Below are positions 19,798-24,000 of a stretch of 24,000 bases of DNA, piece by piece. Below the pieces are notes generated by a model. The model did no database searches. It was not told where the DNA came from and saw nothing but the letters and a program-made list of their open reading frames with translations. The DNA is taken from assembly GCA_964411665.1 (NCBI GenBank), contig CAYPMR010000005.1, positions 58,627-82,626 on the forward strand, in the 5' to 3' direction. Within the stretch, counting starts at the first letter, position 1. Every line of letters starts with the position of its first letter. The DNA is from an uncultured Granulosicoccaceae bacterium. Its GTDB lineage: Bacteria; Pseudomonadota; Gammaproteobacteria; Granulosicoccales; Granulosicoccaceae. A program made the position numbers and the translations under genes.

Positions 19798-21828
19798 ATG
19801 ACCAAGTTAAACAAGTTGTACTTCTCCTCCAAACCACCGTCCACGAGCGGCCTGCTGCGTGGTTTTCATCTGTTTTCGGTCATGCTGCTGTTAGCCGGAT
19901 GTGGCGGTTCTTCGGGAGGCTCGCCGGGTGATGACCCTATAACGGCAATTGATAGCCCTACAGTTCAGGCATCGCAACCGATGTTGGCTGACATGGTGCT
20001 AGCTGATACACCCGATCCTCTGATGTCTGACGAGATCGTGCTGGAGAACGCATCCACTACAGAAGGAACAAATGTAGAGGAAAATTTATCTGTCCTGGAT
20101 AACAGCGCTCAAGTCACCAATACAAACAGCCCAACTGTTAGTACTTTAAACACCAGCAATGCAAACGCTGTGGTTATGCAGGCGTTTGATGTATTTGCCG
20201 GCCGTGCGTATGACAGACGACTAACTGCGTATCCCTATGTGGTACAGGCGCCACCATTGATGCCTAATGTCAATGCGCTGGGAAGACAGTTTTACTACGA
20301 CACTCTGGCTTGTGACAACAACGGAGAAAAAACAGAAAACAACTTTACAACGGGAGCAGGGTTTGGTGACTTTAACTTCTATGACACCACTTACGTTAAC
20401 TGTTCTGTTGGTCTTGAAATTCTGACTGGTCGCGCCATTCTTTCAGCGGATACTTGCTGTAATAACGGTTATAAAAAAGAATTCAGTAATAACTTCGCCG
20501 TTGAATTTGGTGATAGTGGCAGAATGAGCTTGTCAGGCACGTATGAGAATAACCATTTCATATCGGTCGATAACTTCAACTATGAATTCAACTACAGCGG
20601 TGGTTCGCTATCTGTTCTTGGCGCTACTACGGCAAGAACAAGTAGCTCTATGTCTGGCTCATTTTCCATGTCACCACCTGTGTTGCAGAACCAGTCTGTG
20701 TTTGTCTCTATAGATCAGCCGTTTGAGAACGATGATAATTTAAGTAACTTGCGCTACACACGCGGTTCAATGCGAATCGCGGCTGATGATAGCGAAATTG
20801 TTGTTAATGCAGACAATGGCGATGCCGAGACTGTGATGGTTACTGTGACTGCTGCAGGTGAGTCCATCACGTCGATTGAACCCTGGTCCAACTGGTTTCA
20901 TGCATTGTCCTTTATAGCACCAACACTGGGACAGGATTTGATTGTCACAGCAGCTGATGGCGATGGCACTGAATTGAATCAGAATACCTATCGGGGAGTG
21001 ATTTCTGAAGTATTTAAAGTGGCGACTGGTGAACGTTTTGGCGCGACGATTCTGGGTCTCCCTGGTTTTCCCTTTCCGCGATATCCGTCCGAGCTGTTCA
21101 ATGGCAATACAGGTTTTGCTGCTGAACAGATCCAGGTCTGTGACAACGGAGGCAATGCTTCTCTGAGGCCTTTCGGGTGGGGCACTAGACAAGGAACCAC
21201 TGGATGGCGTTCAGTTTTTACTGACTGCATAAGAGAAAACAGGACGTACAACGGAAATATCAGTACACGTGACTTTGGAAATCACACCCATTTTTCATCC
21301 GGACTCACCGTGTCAGATGATTCGGGTAGTAAAACATTTGAGGGCACTGTGCATTACAAGCACAGGGAAGACTTTGGTGACGGCCTGAGACCATTTTTCG
21401 ATTATGTGTTGGATAACGTCTATCTGGACTCTACTGCTAATAATGATTTGTTCGTATTGAGTGATGCTAACTTACTCTATTCGGCAAGAAATCAGTTCCC
21501 GGTAACACATAGTAATACAACATTGGCGGGGCGCTTCTCACTATCAAGCAACGCAACTAATCACAGTACGATTAATGTGCTGATTGCTGAAGAATTTAGC
21601 TTTGACCATATTGGATCAATACATGAGCCGACTACCGTATCATCTGACAAAGGTGTCCTTTATATAAATGCCGGTAACGGTAACGAATTGTTTTTGAACG
21701 CGACGACTGGAAATAGCGAGACATTTACTGTTCTTATTTATCAGCCTGGACAATCACCTGTTACGATCACGGAGAACTGGCAGGATTGGCAATCGCTGCT
21801 GCAGTACAATTTTGAATTGACCCAATGA
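19798..21828 (+). CDS. Large lipoprotein of unknown function containing an internal tandem duplication
   Basis: Signal peptide with canonical lipobox (MLLLAGC-GGSSGG), then a disordered S/T/N/D/P-rich linker, then two homologous modules of about 270 aa. I recognise no enzymatic or binding motif. Confidence 0.8.
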   Translation: MTKLNKLYFSSKPPSTSGLLRGFHLFSVMLLLAGCGGSSGGSPGDDPITAIDSPTVQASQPMLADMVLADTPDPLMSDEIVLENASTTEGTNVEENLSVLDNSAQVTNTNSPTVSTLNTSNANAVVMQAFDVFAGRAYDRRLTAYPYVVQAPPLMPNVNALGRQFYYDTLACDNNGEKTENNFTTGAGFGDFNFYDTTYVNCSVGLEILTGRAILSADTCCNNGYKKEFSNNFAVEFGDSGRMSLSGTYENNHFISVDNFNYEFNYSGGSLSVLGATTARTSSSMSGSFSMSPPVLQNQSVFVSIDQPFENDDNLSNLRYTRGSMRIAADDSEIVVNADNGDAETVMVTVTAAGESITSIEPWSNWFHALSFIAPTLGQDLIVTAADGDGTELNQNTYRGVISEVFKVATGERFGATILGLPGFPFPRYPSELFNGNTGFAAEQIQVCDNGGNASLRPFGWGTRQGTTGWRSVFTDCIRENRTYNGNISTRDFGNHTHFSSGLTVSDDSGSKTFEGTVHYKHREDFGDGLRPFFDYVLDNVYLDSTANNDLFVLSDANLLYSARNQFPVTHSNTTLAGRFSLSSNATNHSTINVLIAEEFSFDHIGSIHEPTTVSSDKGVLYINAGNGNELFLNATTGNSETFTVLIYQPGQSPVTITENWQDWQSLLQYNFELTQ

Positions 21829-21976
21829 TAGGGTGAATTGAGCAGGATAAAAGCAGGGCGATGTTCTTGAATCAAACTGTAATAGTTGAATCTTAAGGGA
21901 ACAGCAGGGTTTTGAGCGCTCAATGGTGCTTTAAATAAAAAAATATTGTGTCGCTTATAGCTATACAATTAGGACC

Positions 21977-24000
21977 ATGCGTTCCCGGACTTTTTTGTTG
22001 TTCCTGTTCTTGTGTTATCTCCTGTGCCTGCCGGCCAGATTAGTTGTTGCGGCCAGCAACGACTCCCACGATTTAGCCGCACTTGAAAATGAGCTGCCTG
22101 TTGATAAGTTGATTATTCAGGCAGCATCACAACCCGTTTTTACCAGCGCCCAGGGTTTTATCCGCGAAAGTTGTCAGCAGGTTACGGGTGAGGTATTTGA
22201 TGGAAATTCCACAACATTACCTGCTTCCTGGCTGGCTTACTCGGACTCAACTGATGATTCATCGGTGCAACCTGCCACCGAAGCTGTTGAGCGGCGTGGT
22301 CAGCAAGTAGGCACTCGTTATACCTGGCTAACCCGTTTGCTCGATGAGGTTCAATTGTCAGTGCTGGGTACCCCCGCGCGCCCAGTGCTGACCCTGCAAA
22401 TCGGTGATGAATTTCCTGTACTGCGATTGCTGATTCGCGGAGACTGCTCTGTTGTTAATGCACAGCGCGTTGAATACCGCCGTTATAAATCTGCAACCGA
22501 TGAAGCCCCATCGCGAATGCTCGCCTACCAACTGCAATCACTTGATGAGCAGGGTGATGCTTTTGGCGAACCGCAATTACTGAATCCTGAAATTGAATTT
22601 GAACCGGGTACACAGTCAGACGTTACCGAGGCCATCGTACCTGTCGCCATGATTGATTCGGGCGTTAACTATCTGCTGCCTGAGATAGCAGATAAGTTAT
22701 TACGTGATCCATCAGGTCAGATGGCTGGTTACGATTATTGGGACAATGATGATCGGCCGTTTGATTTAAATCTGCGTGGTTCGATATTTAACATCCAACG
22801 TCACGGTACACGTACTGCTTCACTGGTAATGACAGAAGCACCCGCAGCGCGTGTTGCTCCGTTTCGTTTCCCACGCCCACATATGCACCGTATGCGTGAG
22901 CTGCTCGCACATATTGATTCGCTAGATATAAAGTTGGTGGGCATGGCACTCGGCGGAAACCGCGAAGAAGAGTGGGAAGCGTTTGAACAGGCAGCAAAGC
23001 AGTATCCGGAAATGTTGTTTGTTGTCTCAGCGGGCAACAACGGACGCAATATTGATCAAGAGCCTGTCTATCCTGCGGCATTGCATTTGGCTAATATGAT
23101 TGTCGTCACTTCCGCGGATGACAGCACTCTGCCGGCTCGCGGTAGTAACTGGGGTCGTGGTCATGTTGATTATTTACTGCCTGCTGAGCACGTCAATGTA
23201 CTGGATTTTGATGGCACGCAAACACGGGTTTCTGGTTCCAGTTATGCTGTGTCGCGAATGGTGGCATTACTGGTTAGATTGCAAACTCAAAACCCGGACT
23301 GGGTAGCTGATGATTTCAAGGCGGAATTGCGTCGGCGTTTCAATGACGGTAAGCGGGCTCGCTTTATCGGTGGCGGCTACATAGGCGATCCGTTATCGGT
23401 TGCACCCGATCAGGTGTTGATAGAAGAGTTGTCGAAGCAGCAGAAAAGCGGCAAAGTCGTTGAGTCATTTTCTGCTGATAGCTCGCATCCGCAATTTCAG
23501 CTGGATTACGAAATGCTTGTGCTGGATTCGCGCTGGGACGACAAGCGCATCACTGACATTCAAAATATGATTGCCAGCGTCCTGTCGCAATGCAATATTC
23601 AAGTCAGTGGGTCGTTGATACGCCGTCTGGCGGTGGCACCCCATCTGGCAACCATGAGCATCGGCAACTCTCGAACCTTACTTGATCATGTTCGCCCTGA
23701 TAAACCGTCCATCGTACTCACCACAATCACACGCACATTGTTCGAAGACAATGGTGAGGCTTATAGATACGATGCGGAAGCATTCGGTCGGGGTAATACA
23801 CGTGGCAGGGACTGGTTGCGTGACACTGTCTGGATTAGTCAGGATGTACAGGATGCAGGCCTTGCTGCTGTGCATGAACTTGTTCATGTACTGATGAACG
23901 ATGGTGGTCATGTTGATCAAGCCAACAACCTGATGAATACAAAAACCGCATTGAATAACCGATTGCTGAACAGCCTGCAATGCAGAGCGATGCATGACAA
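21977..24000 (+). CDS. Secreted S8 (subtilisin-like) serine peptidase with a C-terminal region carrying an HExxH motif; 3' end beyond the window
   Basis: Hand translation from ATG 21977 gives 674 codons with no stop up to the window end. This explains its absence from the ORF track.
- Signal peptide: MRSRTFLLFLFLCYLLCLPARLVVA-AS.
- S8 motifs in order: VAMIDSGVN (Asp, nt 22655), RHGTRTAS (His, nt 22802), VSAGNNG (Asn, nt 23036), SGSSYAVSRMVA (Ser, nt 23240).
- Later motif: AAVHELVHVLMNDGGH (nt 23873 onward). Confidence 0.85.
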   Translation, partial: MRSRTFLLFLFLCYLLCLPARLVVAASNDSHDLAALENELPVDKLIIQAASQPVFTSAQGFIRESCQQVTGEVFDGNSTTLPASWLAYSDSTDDSSVQPATEAVERRGQQVGTRYTWLTRLLDEVQLSVLGTPARPVLTLQIGDEFPVLRLLIRGDCSVVNAQRVEYRRYKSATDEAPSRMLAYQLQSLDEQGDAFGEPQLLNPEIEFEPGTQSDVTEAIVPVAMIDSGVNYLLPEIADKLLRDPSGQMAGYDYWDNDDRPFDLNLRGSIFNIQRHGTRTASLVMTEAPAARVAPFRFPRPHMHRMRELLAHIDSLDIKLVGMALGGNREEEWEAFEQAAKQYPEMLFVVSAGNNGRNIDQEPVYPAALHLANMIVVTSADDSTLPARGSNWGRGHVDYLLPAEHVNVLDFDGTQTRVSGSSYAVSRMVALLVRLQTQNPDWVADDFKAELRRRFNDGKRARFIGGGYIGDPLSVAPDQVLIEELSKQQKSGKVVESFSADSSHPQFQLDYEMLVLDSRWDDKRITDIQNMIASVLSQCNIQVSGSLIRRLAVAPHLATMSIGNSRTLLDHVRPDKPSIVLTTITRTLFEDNGEAYRYDAEAFGRGNTRGRDWLRDTVWISQDVQDAGLAAVHELVHVLMNDGGHVDQANNLMNTKTALNNRLLNSLQCRAMHD

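Noticed and set aside
22788-23995. Four listed ORFs (22788..23081 -, 22801..23049 -, 23100..23306 +, 23682..23894 +, plus 23678..23995 -) in the apparently empty right end
   Set aside because: All of them lie inside the long open +2 frame, which carries ordered S8 catalytic motifs. They are off-frame or antisense and have no recognisable features.

Overview
This window looks like a gammaproteobacterial chromosomal core region, densely coded on both strands. I found no rRNA, tRNA, CRISPR array, transposase or integrase.

Gene order, left to right:
- Unidentified CDS 3' end.
- Cytochrome-oxidase assembly cluster: DUF2909-like small membrane protein, SURF1, SCO-like CxxxC protein, heme O synthase CyoE.
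- GAF-GGDEF diguanylate cyclase.
- thiC.
- Acetate kinase fused in frame to a PduL-type phosphotransacylase.
- Lipoprotein.
- Conserved block rpoH <- ftsX <- ftsE <- ftsY, divergent from rsmD -> coaD -> YfhL-type ferredoxin.
- Type II HAD hydrolase.
- pqi (MCE) envelope lipid-transport operon, with pqiA encoded as two overlapping half-genes, then pqiB and pqiC.
- At the right end, two genes I cannot assign to a known system. One is a 676-aa lipoprotein built from two copies of a roughly 270-aa module. The other is an open-ended ORF missing from the supplied ORF track because it has no stop in the window. It encodes a secreted S8 subtilisin-like peptidase followed by an HExxH zincin-like motif.

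Other points worth a second look:
- the AckA-PduL fusion
- no recognisable THI-box upstream of thiC
- a near-consensus sigma-E promoter overlapped by a 9-bp inverted repeat upstream of rpoH
- several short tandem or phased repeats in intergenic regions

All calls rest on reading the translations and DNA by eye. No database search or computation was run. Motif coordinates in intergenic DNA may be off by 1-2 nt.
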